A DNA stretch of 64,000 nucleotides from Eledone cirrhosa (taxonomy: Eukaryota). A program made the position numbers and the translations under genes. The stretch spans positions 132,928,001 to 132,992,000 of the forward strand of contig OZ024741.1 in NCBI GenBank assembly GCA_964016885.1, in the 5' to 3' direction. Under the pieces are notes generated by a model. It did no database searches and had not been told where the DNA came from. It saw only the letters and a program-made list of their open reading frames with translations. This document shows positions 26,525 through 40,352 of the stretch, piece after piece. Each line of letters starts with the position of its first letter. Within the stretch, counting starts at the first letter, position 1.

Positions 26525-26835
26525 ACCATGTCTGCTTGGCTTTGTTTCTCTACCACTACCATCACAACTACCACCAACACCACACCACATATGCCTGGCT
26601 TTGTTTCCTTACCACCAACACCACACCACATATGCATAGCTCTGTTTCTCTACCACTACCATCACAACTACCACCAACACCACACCACATATGCCTGGCT
26701 TTGTTTCTCTACCACTACCATCACAACTACCACCAACACCACACTACATATGCCTGGCTTTGTTTCTCTACCACTGCCATCACAACTACCACCAACACCA
26801 CATCACATATGCCCGGCTTTGCTTCCCCACCACCA
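26525..26835. repeat. ~58-bp minisatellite, about 5 copies
   Basis: Unit CATATGCCTGGCTTTGTTTCTCTACCACTACCATCACAACTACCACCAACACCACAC. Confidence 0.88.
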
Positions 26836-28443
26836 CCATATATTTTCACTACATCCCAGAATGTCAATATTAGTTTACAACAAATTGTCATAAAACTGTG
26901 CACAGATATCAATTAACAGAACAGTCAGTTATTAACTCTACACATCCTGTAATGATTCAGCAGAAAATATTTAAAAACAGGTTTGTTAATTCAAATGTCT
27001 AGAGTTTCTTAAATAGAAGACATTATCTCTTAACATCCTGTAACAATTTAGCAGACAGTATCTAAAAATGGTGTTGTTAATTCAAACATTTATAGTTTCT
27101 TTAGACATATCGTGAAATTTTGCAGTTAACTAAAGACTTTAATTTTTAATGTGATGCAGTCGAAGTGTTGTTTTGTACTTTTGAAGCATTTTTGGCTTAT
27201 GTGATTCTATGTAGCATTGGACATTAAGAGTTAACGAAGATAATGTAAAAAAAAAAGGCATTTCAGTTTTTGGGGAATTGCATGACTACAATAATCATCG
27301 TTTTAACATCTGCTTTCCCTGCTAGCAAGGGTTGGATGGATCTACATAGACCAAGACAGTACAGAGGCAGAACTTCTGACCTCCCAAGTAGGTCAGGGTG
27401 TCTGCCTCTCATTTGTGTACGATCCCACGTTCTATTGAGTATATAGAAGTTGTTATGTCTTGGCACAACAGAAGGGTCCTCCCAACCCTTTGTTTGGCAA
27501 GTTTTCTATATCTGGATGCCCTTCTGAACACCAACCACTTTACAATGTGTACGTCATAGAGAGGTTGTTGTACTAGGACATGACTGAAGGATCCTCTCGA
27601 CCATTTTTTTTTTTTTTCATCATAACGAAAGCTGGGTGTTTATAGAAATAATAGATTAAAGCTGCAATTAAGAAGCAAAAGCAGTACAGATGATGTAATC
27701 CAAAACCCATGTATCAACTATAGTGGAAAAAAAACTCTTTAGCCGGGAAGAAAGTATTTTTTTTTTTTTTACTGTTTAGTTAGGAAAGAAAGAGTATTGT
27801 TGGTGGGCAAGGAAGAAGGTATTATTTTTTACTGTTTAGCCTGGAAGGGTAGGAAGAAGGTATCCTTTAACTGGAGACCTGATTGGAATACTTGTAAGAG
27901 AATAGACTCTGCTAAAGGATCCCAAGAACCAGGTGAAGGTGTTAAACCAAGCAACAGATTAAATCAACCACCCAAATTTGAGAGTTTCATAAAAATATGT
28001 ATTATAATGGGGGGGGGGGGGGTCATAGAAATACTTGTTTACAGTATTTATAAACAGAATCAAATATTTACTAATATTTAATTTAGATGCCAGAGTTATG
28101 ACTGGTGGATAGTATCAGCAATGGAAACTGTTTCTTTGCTCTGATTTGACACAGTCTACCCCACTCGCTAAGTGAATGAGGTCTGGATCTTGTTGATTGA
28201 CTTCCTTTTCTCCTTCTTCATCCTTCCAATTTAGATGCAACAAATTAGACAAGACAACCCCAATACATACCTTATATACTAGTGTACAAGCCGATTTAAA
28301 TATAAGCCACCCCTTACTTTATGTCTTAGAAATAGGCAAAAATCCAAACCCCACATATCAGCTGAGGCAGCTAATCAACACATGTTTAGATAGCATGGTT
28401 TTGTAAATGACCATGAGTGGAGAATATTTTTATGAAGACTTAA

Positions 28444-28664
28444 CCCTTTAGCATTTAAACCGGCTGTTTCCAGCCAGAATTCTCTCACCATTTTCTATTC
28501 AAACCAGCCATAACTAGTGACTCATACTAATGTAAAAGTATTGTTATCAAAATAAATAATATCAAAATCCCATAGATTCCATATTATGTGGGATGATTAT
28601 GTGAAGTAATGCCTTTAACGCAAAAATATAATAGTATATATAGAGTAATGTAAATGCTAAAGGG
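28444..28664. mobile_element. piggyBac-like MITE (CCCTTTAGCATTTA TIR, TTAA TSD)
   Basis: TTAA|CCCTTTAGCATTTA ... TAAATGCTAAAGGG|TTAA. Confidence 0.85.
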
Positions 28665-28825
28665 TTAATATTTTGGTATCTAAAATATTTTAAAGTGGCT
28701 TTTACAGTCTAGTTTTTGCTTCACAACTCCATTTTGCATAATGATCTTTTACCATTTCATTTATTTGATAAAGTTTCAACAAGTTTCTTGGATTTTTGGA
28801 GATAAAAGTAAGAGAGGGGGGGGAG

Positions 28826-28905
<80 letters not shown>

Positions 28906-30044
28906 CGGATGTTAATAGTTTTGCTGTAAATATATATGGGGGGGGGGGGAGCTGTCTATAACTTTTGCAGGAAACTGAATTGAAAAAAAACATACAAATT
29001 TATCATAGTATAACAAATAATTTTTCTTCGTTTAAAATGTATTTGAAAAGTAATGGCCTTCACAATTTTTCCCCATAATTAATTAAAGTGATGATTAATT
29101 GCTATAAATCCCTGCTATGTATATATACATATATGTGTGTGTGTGTGTGTAGCAATCGCTCTAGATATTTTGGCACTTTTTTACGTGGAAATTTGACAAA
29201 ATATTGACCAGCCTGTATGCTTATCTGGTGCCACAATAACAACAGCACCCAATCCATACTGTAAGTATGTGATGTTGGTGACACAACAAAAAGCACCCAG
29301 TCCACAGTGTAAAATGGTCATGCTGGTGACACAACAAAAAACACTCAGTCCACTGTTAAGTGGTCGTTTCAGTGCCACGATAAAAAGCACACAGTCCACA
29401 CTGTAAATGTGGTTGGTGTTATGAAGGGCATCCAGCTGTAGAAACCAAGCCAAAATATAGATTTGTATGAGCAAGACATGATCTCTGGACCTGACTAGTC
29501 TCATAATGTGACAATCCATCTAACTCGTGCAAGTGAGGGAAAATAGATATTAAACGATGATGATTGACCATGAATACAAACTGAACCCCCATTTTACCTT
29601 CAATTTTTTGTCACAAATTTCTCACATTTTTACATATATATACATGGGTATATATGGTAGTTTACAGAATTTTTATAATGAAGAATTTTTGTTTTTCCTA
29701 AACAGATGGTGAGTGTATGATTTAACACTTTCATAACCATATTTCTAATAAATACAGCCTATGATTTGCAAATAATTTTCATAATAATCATGAATTTGGA
29801 GGTATTTAATAAAGTAAACCTTCTCATTATTAAGTTGGTGTTTGGAACATAACTTAAAAAAGGTTCTTATATAAAATTATGATAGAATGGTTTTAGATAA
29901 ATATAAACTCTTTAAAATAAACAGTAAAACTAGAGATTGTTTCAGGTAAAAGTATGGGATGCAGAAAAAGAGGAAATTTAATTGGACATGAGCAGGAATA
30001 GATGTAAATTATGACAATTAATAATTCTGTTTATGAATAATATT

Positions 30045-30370
30045 GAAGGCAACAAATTTACAGAGTCATCATGGCATCGGATTAAAAATACATCAGTATT
30101 TGTTATAGCTCACTGCACTCTGAGTTTAAATCCCACCGTGGTCAACTTTGCCTTTCATCCTTTTTAGGTTGATAAATAAAGTACAAGTCAGTACTTAGGG
30201 GTTAGTTTTTTCCTCTATCTTTCTTAATCACTTTCTCTCACTGTCTTTCATTTTCTGGAAGATATCAACTGTATTACTTACATGTAGAGAGATGGGCTTC
30301 ATTAGGTTTTAAATGCCCAAGATATGCTGTGTGCCAGAATGGTGCCTCTACGATTCCACCAAGAGTTAAA
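30045..30370 (+). mobile_element. SINE with long 3' extension (paralogue of 1005-1310)
   Basis: CTGAGTTTAAATCCCACCGTGGTCAACTTTGCCTTTCATCC core plus a shared tail. Confidence 0.65.
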
Positions 30371-30407
30371 GGCTCTATTTCTTCCTTATGAATAATATTA
30401 AGACAAG

Positions 30408-30489
<82 letters not shown>

Positions 30490-32194
30490 TCTTTGATTGA
30501 CTGAAACTAATTCACTTACTTCCTGAATAATTGTCTGAATTAGTCCCCACAAAAACAATCCAGGATGCATAATAAATAAATTTTACTAAACTACCAGTAC
30601 TGAGAACCCACCACGTCGATAAATGTTTGCTATTACTTATAATCCTATATGTGAACAACTTGACATATATATGAAAAGTAAATTATGAAAATACATAAGA
30701 TTAAAACCATTAAAATATATCAACAAATATAAAAAAAAGGGGATATAAGTGATATAACTTACAGTAAACAAGCTCTAAAAACATTGCCAAGTGCTTTGAT
30801 TAATAAGGACAGACATTACACATGCCACTGTATTCGAAGAAAACACCAACTAAAAGTGATAATATACATTACAGCACTCTTGCAATTAAAAATAGCCCAC
30901 TTTAACAGGAAGATTTTTCAGGAAATGCCTCAAGAATTTAGAGGAAAAGTCGCCTACACATAATACAATCCACACTCATAAGTGACACACATACAAACAT
31001 GACAATTACTGATACAAACATCAAACAAAGTATTTGTGTTTAGCAAACATATCAAGCAGTAGAATATTTCTCAGAATCTGTACTAAAATCAGAGAGTGGA
31101 AGAAGCCTGGGTTCAATCCCACTGCCTGGCATCTTGGGTCAACTCATGACTAATCAGTGAAATTGGTTAGACAGAAACTGCTTGGGCTATATCTGTAACT
31201 TGTCACATTGAATCCCCCGGAGAATTACATTGTACATGTGCCTGTGAAATGCTTAGCCACTTGCACATTAATTTCATAAGCAACTTAAACACTCATTGCT
31301 AAAACTGACAGAGGTTCATTCAGTCTATCAGGGATATCATCGTCGTCATCATTCGCTTTCCCTGCTAGTAAGGGTTGGACAAGTCTACATAGACCAAGTC
31401 AGTACTGAAGTGGGGCTACAGACCTCCCAGACAGGCCAGGAGTCTGCATCTCACTTACGTATGTGTCTTTGACACAACTTTATTTTTATTCTAGTGGGGA
31501 TAAATTATAGAGTTTAGCAGCAATATAATAGCAAGTTTTATTCATGTCATTCAGAATCATGTGTATAAAAAAAATTGTATATTCACAAACGAAAGAAATT
31601 AATAATGAAAGGGGAGAAAGTAAAGATACAAACAGTCAATTATTAGATTATGTTAGAAAATTATATGTAAATAATGTCTGGATTTAGAATCAACTTACAA
31701 ACAAGCATAATGGCTATTATATTAGAACAGTAGTTTGATTAATAAGCACAAACATGGTCAAATTAAGACTTTAAAAAACTAACTAGACAGGGTAGAGGAA
31801 TGTATTATATTAGAATAAGTAAATTTGGGGTTATTTAGCACAACTTTACACTTACAGAGTAATGGTATCATCACCATCAAGGTTATGATGTAAATATATT
31901 ATTGTAAAGAATTTTCTTTTTAAAATATCCTATAAAACTTAATGTTATTGTTGTTGTTTAGCCCCCACAGTTGTGGATGTATAATAAATACTGCTAAAAG
32001 ATGTTGAACAAACACCCAGAAGCAGGGTTTATTTTAAGGAAATTTTAGAACAGTACAAATCTTTGATGCAGGTGCTATGACCCAGAATTTGAGAAGCATT
32101 TGTAATGGCTATTTTTAATACTTTATAAGTGTTTTAAGTTTTGAAACCATCGTTTACCATGTAAGTGAATGTAGTATTTAACACAAAATGTAAA

Positions 32195-32367
32195 CTTCTT
32201 CCCACACTTATTCAAGAGTGGGTCATGGGGAGACAGTCGTCAAATACTCCTTCCAATGGATCCTGTCAGAAGCAACTATCTCCAATCGATCCAGCTGGGT
32301 CCCCAATCGAGACTAGCCAAGCCCATGGATATTATCCAACCATCTTACTCGGAGTTTACCCCTGGGT
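32195..32367 (-). mobile_element. Expander-like RTE 3' fragment inserted in an older repeat
   Basis: Same 3' end as 24075; the flanks rejoin to match the uninterrupted repeat at ~63140-63415. Confidence 0.65.
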
Positions 32368-34710
32368 AGTTAACATTTCAAAATTTAGAACTGCACAAAA
32401 TTAGATTTAGAACTACACAAGAATGGGTCAACTGCACGCTAAATTTCTCAATTAGCCCTGATCCAACACTTATGGAATTATAGCTCTGTGACCCTAATGT
32501 CGTTTAGTGGAGATCGATATTTGATAATTTTATATTTTTGAGTTCCTTTCTGAATTTAGTCAAAAATATTATTTGTCAAGATTTTAAGTACAGTTTATTC
32601 AGAATGTTAGGTTTGTTACCATGGTGGTAATAATGATGATATACATAAATATCTCCATAGCTTCAATATAGGAAGATTCCCATCAGATAAATATGCATGA
32701 ACTGTTAACCTTTTTTTATACAAAACCACCTGAAATAACTCCTGGTTTTATGATACAAAACTTTTTTTTTTTTTAACATGTATTATATTCATCTAAAAAC
32801 CTTTCATGATCGTTTTATCTAAGAATCTTTAAGTTATACTCCAAACACCTGTTCAATGATGAGAAAGTCAGTTACATTATTATTTGAAAATCATAGCCAG
32901 TATCTTTCGTTAGAAATATGGTAATGAAAGCATGAGTACCCTGCCTCTCAGTCACCCTGATTTCCCAAGATGGTGCCATGATAAACTGCATCCTGAAGTT
33001 GCAGTTATAAAAATGAATTAAAGGAGAATAATAATGATGTTCAGAGCTGTTTCACCCCACCTTGGTTCTCTACATAGAATCCTGAGAGTAATCAATATGT
33101 ACATTTAATTCACTGATGTGTGTTACATGGAGATTGAAATGTGTTGACTTTATATGGATATATCTGTTTTTATTTTAAAAGAGGGAGAAATAGAGATAGA
33201 GGAAGACAGGGGAAGAGAGAATGTGAGGAGATAAGATATAAGTGAAGAGGAGTGAAAGAAAAGAAGGAAAAGAAATTTTAAATATTTTATCTAGATCATT
33301 TTGTATGTGGTAATGCTGGTGCCACTATAAAAAGCACCCAGTACACTGTAACATGATAGTGCCAGTGCCATGATACAATGCACCCAGTACACTTTATAGG
33401 GTGGCAGTGTTGGTGCTATGATAAAATGAACCCAGTATACTCTTAAGTAGTTGGCATTAAGAAGAGCATCCAGCTGTAGAAAACCTCACCAAAATGAAAC
33501 TTATGAGCAAGATGAAGTCCCCCTCCAAATTATTCCTTTATTAATACAAATACAGTGTATTTGATCAGAAATATGGTAATGAAAGAGTCAGAGTATTCCT
33601 ACTTAAATTAAAATCTTCCAATATATTTTAATATAAGTTTCTGTTATGTTACAAATGCCATCTTAATAATTCTAACATTGACATACGGCCAGCAACTAGA
33701 GGAAGGAAAAAAGTTAATTTAATTGACCCCCCAGTGTGTTACTGGCATTTTATTTTATTTATACCAGAAGGATGAAAAGCTAAATTGAACACAGTGGGAT
33801 TTGAATTCAGAATGTAAAGGGTCGAAACAGCAATTCAGAATGTAAAGGTGTCTTGTCCAGGGTAAGTTATGTACTCTCAGTCACTTAACACCATGGAAAC
33901 TGGGATAAGCACTGGCTTGATGAACCTCCGGGCTCGAGACAGACTAGACTTTTTGTAATGATTTAACATTAAATATTTAAAAACAGGTTTGTTGATTCAA
34001 ATGTTTATAGAAATTTTACTAGTTGATAGATTGTTGTAAAAATATGTAGTAAACTGTGACCTTTCATGTGATGCAATCATAGTGTGGTGTTTTGTACTTT
34101 GTTTTGCTAATGTGGTTTTGTGTGGTATAAGATGTTAAAAAGTTAATGTATAGCAAGCAAGCCTGCACTATCAACACTTCAACACTAATGCTGTCCTTCA
34201 TAACTAAAATGTGTATGTGCCTGTGTGTTTATTTATATAGCCTTTTAAAATAAAGTTTGTTGTTTAGTTCATTCAGTAAAGCAACAAAGAAAGAAGGCAA
34301 TAACTAATGTCAAATCAACACCAATACAAATGCTAACTAAAATGTACATTCGCAATCAAGTGGTGGTGTGTATGGACATGTAACTCCTGATGGATATAGA
34401 TAAAGAGAGAGAGAGAGTGGGGGGGGGGGGGTTCAAAAGGACAAACAAATGCAGGAGTCTATATATATAAATATAAATATATATATATATACACACTACC
34501 TATCATCATCATTGTTTAACGTCTATTTTCCATGCTAGCATGGGTTAAACATGTTCTTCCGTTTGAGGCAAGTCGGGTCAGGTAACCGCGTCTTGCTCAG
34601 ACAGAACTGTTTTGGGCTTGGTTTCTACGGATGGATGCCCTTCCTAATGCCAACCACATTATATATATATCATCATCATACATACATACATACATACATA
34701 CACACATAAA

Positions 34711-34773
<63 letters not shown>

Positions 34774-34784
34774 AATACATAGAT

Positions 34785-36727
34785 TCATTGAGGGTAAAAA
34801 ACGATGTTATAAGCTTTTCTGGGTGGGAAACGACGATGGGCTGGGTGGAGTAGGAATCATGGTATCAGAAAAATGGGCAGATAAGATAATAGACGTAAAT
34901 AGAGTGAACGACAGAATAATTAAAATACGACTTGTCCTCAATAGAACTACGGTGACAGTAATATCTGCGTACGCACCCCAATCCGGACTGCCCAGCACTA
35001 TAAAAGACAGATTCTATGAGACACTGATGCTAACTACCTCCCAAATATCCGACAGTGACTATATAATTATTGCAGGCGACCTAAATGGTCACGTTGGACA
35101 ACATTGTGACGGTTACGACGAAATCCATGGAGGCTATGGGTTTGGTACTAGAAATGAGGAAGGCTCCAGAATCCTGGAATTCTGTGATGCAAATAACCTA
35201 ACTATCTGTAACACTAACTTCAAAAAACGTGACAATCACCTGATCACCTATAGATCCAGGGAACACACAAGCCAGGTAGATTATATCCTTACCAGAAGAC
35301 GTGACAGAGTGTCTGTTGTAAACACTAAATCCCTCCCCCATGAAGAATGCACCTCCCAACATAGACTGATAATTAGCGACCTCATAGTCAGGACGAGACG
35401 TACTCGACAGCAGAAGAGGACTATCCTCAGGAGAAAAATATGGAAGCTAAAGGACCCCACAGCCAGAAATAAATTTCAAAGCATATTACTTGATGCTTTC
35501 GACAGTAAGGAAGAACATTTAGAGTCGGACAATATAGAGGGAGAGTGGGAATTTCTGAAAGCAAACCTGCTGTTGGCGACAGACGAAGTCTGTGGCTGGA
35601 GCAGGCCTGTAGGCAGGAGGAGAGTAACATGGTGGTGGAACAGTAAGGTGGAGGGGTCAATTAAGGCCAAAAAGCAGGCTTGGAAAGTATGGCGGGATGG
35701 GGGAAGTAGAGAAGACTATCAAGTGGCCAGGAGGGAAGCTAGGAGACAAGTGTACTTAGCAAGAAGGGAAGCTGAGGAAAGAAAGTTCAAGCATGTTCTA
35801 CAACACGATGACCAAAAACGTGAGGTGTTCAGGATTGCTAGGCAATGCGTCAAGGAAAACCGTGATATTGTCGGGGAGAAGTGTGTACTTAACGATGATG
35901 GCATACTTGCCATCACCGACGCTGATAAGAAGGTAGCTTGGAAGTGTCACTATGAAAGGCTACTAAATGAGGAGAATAAATGGGAGAAAGGCAGTCTCCC
36001 CCATATCGACCCAATAGAGGGACCAGCAGTGTTAGTCGAGGGGAGTATAATAAGTAAGGCAATCAAGGATATGAAGACGGGTAAGGCGGCTGGGCCTTCG
36101 GAAATAGTTGCTGAGATGCTGAAGGCATCTGGCACGGTGGGACACACCATGGTCACCCGCATAGTTAACCAAGTCGTACAGAATGGGGTTGTTCCGAAGG
36201 ACTGGCATAGCAGCATCATCGTTAACTGTTATAAGGGTAAAGGAGACGCCCTAGATAGGAGTAACTATAGAGGCATTAAATTAATCGACCAGGTCATGAA
36301 GGTCACGGAAAAAGTAATAGCGCAACTAATCAGAGAGAGAATTGACCTAGATGAAATGCAGTTCGGGTTTGTGTCAGGCAAAAGTACCACAGACGCTCTT
36401 TTCATAGTACGACAACTACAGGAGAAGTACCTAGCTAAAGGTAAACCCCTCTACTTAGCTTTTGTCAACTTGGAGAAAGCCTTCGACAGAGTCCCCCGCT
36501 CCATTATCTGGTGGGCTCTTAGAAAACTAGGCGTTGATGAATGGCTTGTGAGGGCTATACAAGCCATGTATAAAGAAACAGTTAGCAAGGTTAGAATTAA
36601 CAACGAATATAGTGAAGAGTTTAGCGTAAAAGTTGGCGTCCATCAGGGCTCTGTTCTCAGCCCCCTACTATTTATTATTGCCCTTCAGGCTATAACAGAG
36701 GAGTTCAAGACCGGCTGCCCATGGGAA
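34785..36727 (+). mobile_element. RTE LINE internal fragment with ~645-aa open APE endonuclease plus N-terminal RT frame
   Basis: ORF 34631-36862: SAYAPQ, IAGDLNGHVG, VDYIL, SQHRL, QFGF, LEKAFDRVPR, GVHQGSVLSP; homology stops at KTGCPWE just before LLYADD; the ORF's termini are microsatellite/flank-derived. Confidence 0.93.
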
Positions 36728-36752
36728 GATGTTCAGCTGTTCAAGTATATAT

Positions 36753-39700
36753 CCTCATCAATGTTTTACGTCCGTTCTTCCACACTAGCATGGGTTAGAC
36801 GGGTTGTCCTGTTGTGGGCAGTGTCCGGTCGGCTGACCTTGTCTTGCTCATACGGGAACTGATTCTGGCTTGATTTCTACAGCTGGATGCCCTTCCTAAC
36901 ACCAACTTCATTTACAGAGAGTGCTGGGTGCTTTTTTCCTTGGCGCCTACACGTCCACTTTACAGTGGGAGGGTGTGGAGGCATGTTGTCTATATGCTTC
37001 AGCTTCGGCTTGTACCCGTGGGGCGTTGGGTCTTCTGTATTACTGCGTGACGCCAGAGGTCACGGTCATGTGTCATCGCCTTTGAGAGGTGTAATTGGGT
37101 AAGCTCGGCTTTTATCACCTCATCCCAGGTCTTCTTGGGTCTCCCCACTCCGCGGTTTCCATCGACTTCTACTGCTTTGTACCTTTTTATGCAGCTGTCA
37201 TCCTTCATACGCATCACATGTCCCTACCAACGCAACCGCTTCTCCTGCACACAGCATTTGATTCCTCTTATGCTGTCTCTCTCTCAATTCATTTATGCTT
37301 TGCTGTTCACGTATATTACTATTACACATCCATCGGAGCATGCAGGCTTCGTTTCTTTCTAATCTATGCAAGTCTTCCACAGACAGTGCCCAGGTCTCAC
37401 TACCATGTAACATTGCTGTTCGTATACACGCATCATACAGTCTGCCTTTCATTTTGAGGGAAAAGCCTTTTGCAGCTAGCAGTGGCAGTAGCTCCCTGAA
37501 CTTCTTCCAACCCGTTCTTACCCTAGTTATTGTACTTTCCAAACACCCACCTCTGCTGCTAATTCGGTCACCTAGGTAGCAGAAGCTGTCTACTGTTTCT
37601 ACAGAGCCCTCCCAGAGTTTGGTGGTACTTGTTTCCTGTGGCTGTTTGCTGCTTGCTGCTTGCTGTCCCAGCACAGCTGCTACATGTGAAGCCTACATTC
37701 TTAGTTAAGTTTCCTGAGATCCCGCTACATCTCTTGTGTACCCATTGTTTGCATTTGGGGCAGAGAATGGAGTTCCTACCTACACCTTTCCTACATACTG
37801 AGCAAGGCCATTTCTCTGAGGGGATCTGGGTTCTGTTTTCTCGTCTACTTACAAGGACCTTAGTCTTTGTCAGGTTGACTTTGAGACCCTTTCTTTCTAG
37901 TCCCTGCTTCCAAGTTTGGAATTTATTCTCTAGTTCTACCATAGATTCAGCTATAAGTGCTTGGTCATCTGCATGCAGGAGTTCCCATGGGCATCCGGTC
38001 TTAAACTCCTCCGTTATTGCCTGCAGGACTATGATGAACAAGAGAGGGCTAAGAACAGAGCCCTGGTGGACATCGACCTGTACGCTAAATTCCTCGCTAT
38101 ACTCATTGTTAATCCTAACTTTTCTGACTGCTCCCCTATACATGGCTTGTACAGCTTTCACAAGTCATTCATCTACTCCTAGTTTTCTAAGAGCCTACCA
38201 CATTATAGCATGGGGAAATCTGTTAAAGGCTTTCTCGAGATCGACGAATGCCAGGTAAAGTGGCTTACTTTTAGCTAGGTACTTTTCCTGCCTCACAAGG
38301 AAGAGAGCATCAGTGGTGCCTCTTCCTGGCACAAACCCAAATTGCATCTCATCTAGTTTCACCTGGTCCCTAATCAACCGTGCTATAACTCTTTCTGTTA
38401 CTTTCATGACCTGGTCCATCAGCTTTATACCTCTATAGTTTCCTCTATCTAGTGCATCACCTTTACCTTTGTAGCAGTTGACAATGATGCTACTGCACCA
38501 ATCCTTTGGTATGACATCTAGTATTACCTGGTTAACAATACGTGTGGTTATGGTGTGACCTACCGACCCAGATGCCTTCAGCATCTCGGCAGCTATACCC
38601 AATGGACCGGTTGTCTTCCCCGTCTTCATATCTTTGATTGCCTTACTTACTACACTGCTGCTGACTTGTACTGCTGGCCTCTCTATAGGGTCTACTTGGG
38701 GTAGGGTCTCTTCTTCCCATGCATTCTCCTCATTTAGTAATCTATCATAATTGTTTCTACTTTTGGCACAAGGCCAGCAATTACCCAGTACATTACTGGT
38801 ACTTTATTTTATCGACCCCGTAAGGATGAAAGGCAAAGTTAACCTCAGCGGGATTTGAACTCAGAATGGCAAGGGCCGTAACTCTATGCGTCAAAGCATG
38901 GCATCCGATCCTTCTTCCACGCATCTTTCTTCTCAGCACTTGTGAGGGCAAGCTCACCTTTATCATTCCGGATACACTTCTCTCCAATGACATCACAATT
39001 CTCTCTGAACACCGCCTTGCAATCTTGAACACCCCTTGTTTCTGGTCCTCATGTTGCAAAACATGCTTGAATTTTCTATCCTCTGCTTCCCTCCTAGCTA
39101 AGTATACTTGTCGCCTAGCTTCCCTCCTGGTCTCTATGTAATGTACCCTGCTTCCCCCGTTCTTCCATTCTTTCCATGCCTGTCTCTTGGCCTTAACTGC
39201 CTCATCTACCTTATTGTTCCACCACCAAGTCGCTCTCCTCCTGCCTGTGGTCTTACTCCAGCCACAGATCTCATCCGTCGCCTTTAGTAAGTTATTTTTT
39301 AGGAACTCCCAGTGCTCTTCTACATTGAATGTCTATCTGTTCTTCTTTACTGTAATAGGCATTGAGTAAAATATCTTTAAATCTGTTACTGGCTGAGGAG
39401 TCTTTCAGCTTCCAGATCTTTCTTCTCCAGGTTGGCTTCTGTTTCCAGGTTCGTCTAGTTCTGACCGTGAGGTTGCTGACAACTAAGCTTTGTTGGGTGG
39501 TACATTCCTCACTAGGGAAGGCTGTTGTGTTTACGACCGTCCATCTGTCACGTCCTCTGATGAGGATAAAATCTATCTGACTAGAATGCTCCCCTGATCT
39601 ATAGGTGATCATGTGGTTGTCGGGTTTTTTGAAGTTTGTGTTACATATCGACATGTCATTGGCATCGCAGAATTCTAGACGCCTGAATCCTTCTTCATTT

Positions 39701-40345
39701 CTTGTGCCAACCTCATGGCCTCCATGGACTTTATAGAAGCCATCATGGTGTTTACCTACGTGTCCGTTAAAATCTCCTGCAATGATTAGGAAGTCATTGT
39801 CGTTTGTTAGAGCAGTAGTGTGCATTAGGGACTCGTAAAACCTATCCTTAAGTTTTCGTCTGGCAAACCCGATTGGGGTGCGTGAGCTGATATATTGTGG
39901 TAATTGTTTTATTCAGGACTAGTCTGAGTTTAATGATTCTTGCACTCACCCTGTTCACTGAGGTTACCTTATATACCCACTTGTCAGCTAGTAGGATACC
40001 TACACCACCCAACCCATCGTCATTTCCTACCCAGAAAAATTTGTAGCACCGACTTTTTCCTACAAGGACTCTAGCAGACTCTCCTCTCCATCTAGTCTCT
40101 TGCACACAGCATACATCAATTTCCTTTCTCTCTAGCATCTCTACGATTTCTCCTGCTTTTCCTTTCATTGTGCTTACATTGATGGTACCAACTCGGAGTT
40201 TTCGACATTTGTCAACATTCGTGGGAAAGGGTCGATTTTTGCAGGGGTGTGTGTATGCTTCCTGTCTCTGAATTGAAGCTTCACATGGGTGCTTGGTAGC
40301 TCGCGGATTCATATTCATTTTCACTTATTAATTCAGAGTTGCTCC
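36753..40345 (-). mobile_element. Near full-length RTE LINE (second subfamily), decayed
   Basis: Minus fragments from LRVGTINVSTM/CVQETRW (APE start) through IAGDFNGHVG, FVDLEKAF, LLHADD and GRPKKTWDE, then the 3' UTR tail. Confidence 0.93.
38751..38910 (-). mobile_element. SINE nested in the RTE LINE
   Basis: Interrupts the LINE frame at WKK|HYDRLLNEE; same core as 23030. Confidence 0.85.
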
Positions 40346-40352
40346 ATATATA

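Noticed and set aside
30281-30385. Apparent minus-strand coding exon (EEIEPLTLGG..) with GTAAGT donor
   Set aside because: Most of it is the 3' extension of a SINE, paralogous to ~1005-1110
34631-36862. 743-aa ORF as an intact gene
   Set aside because: N-terminus is translated microsatellite and the C-terminus is the antisense tail of another LINE; the RT lacks YADD, so it is a LINE fragment
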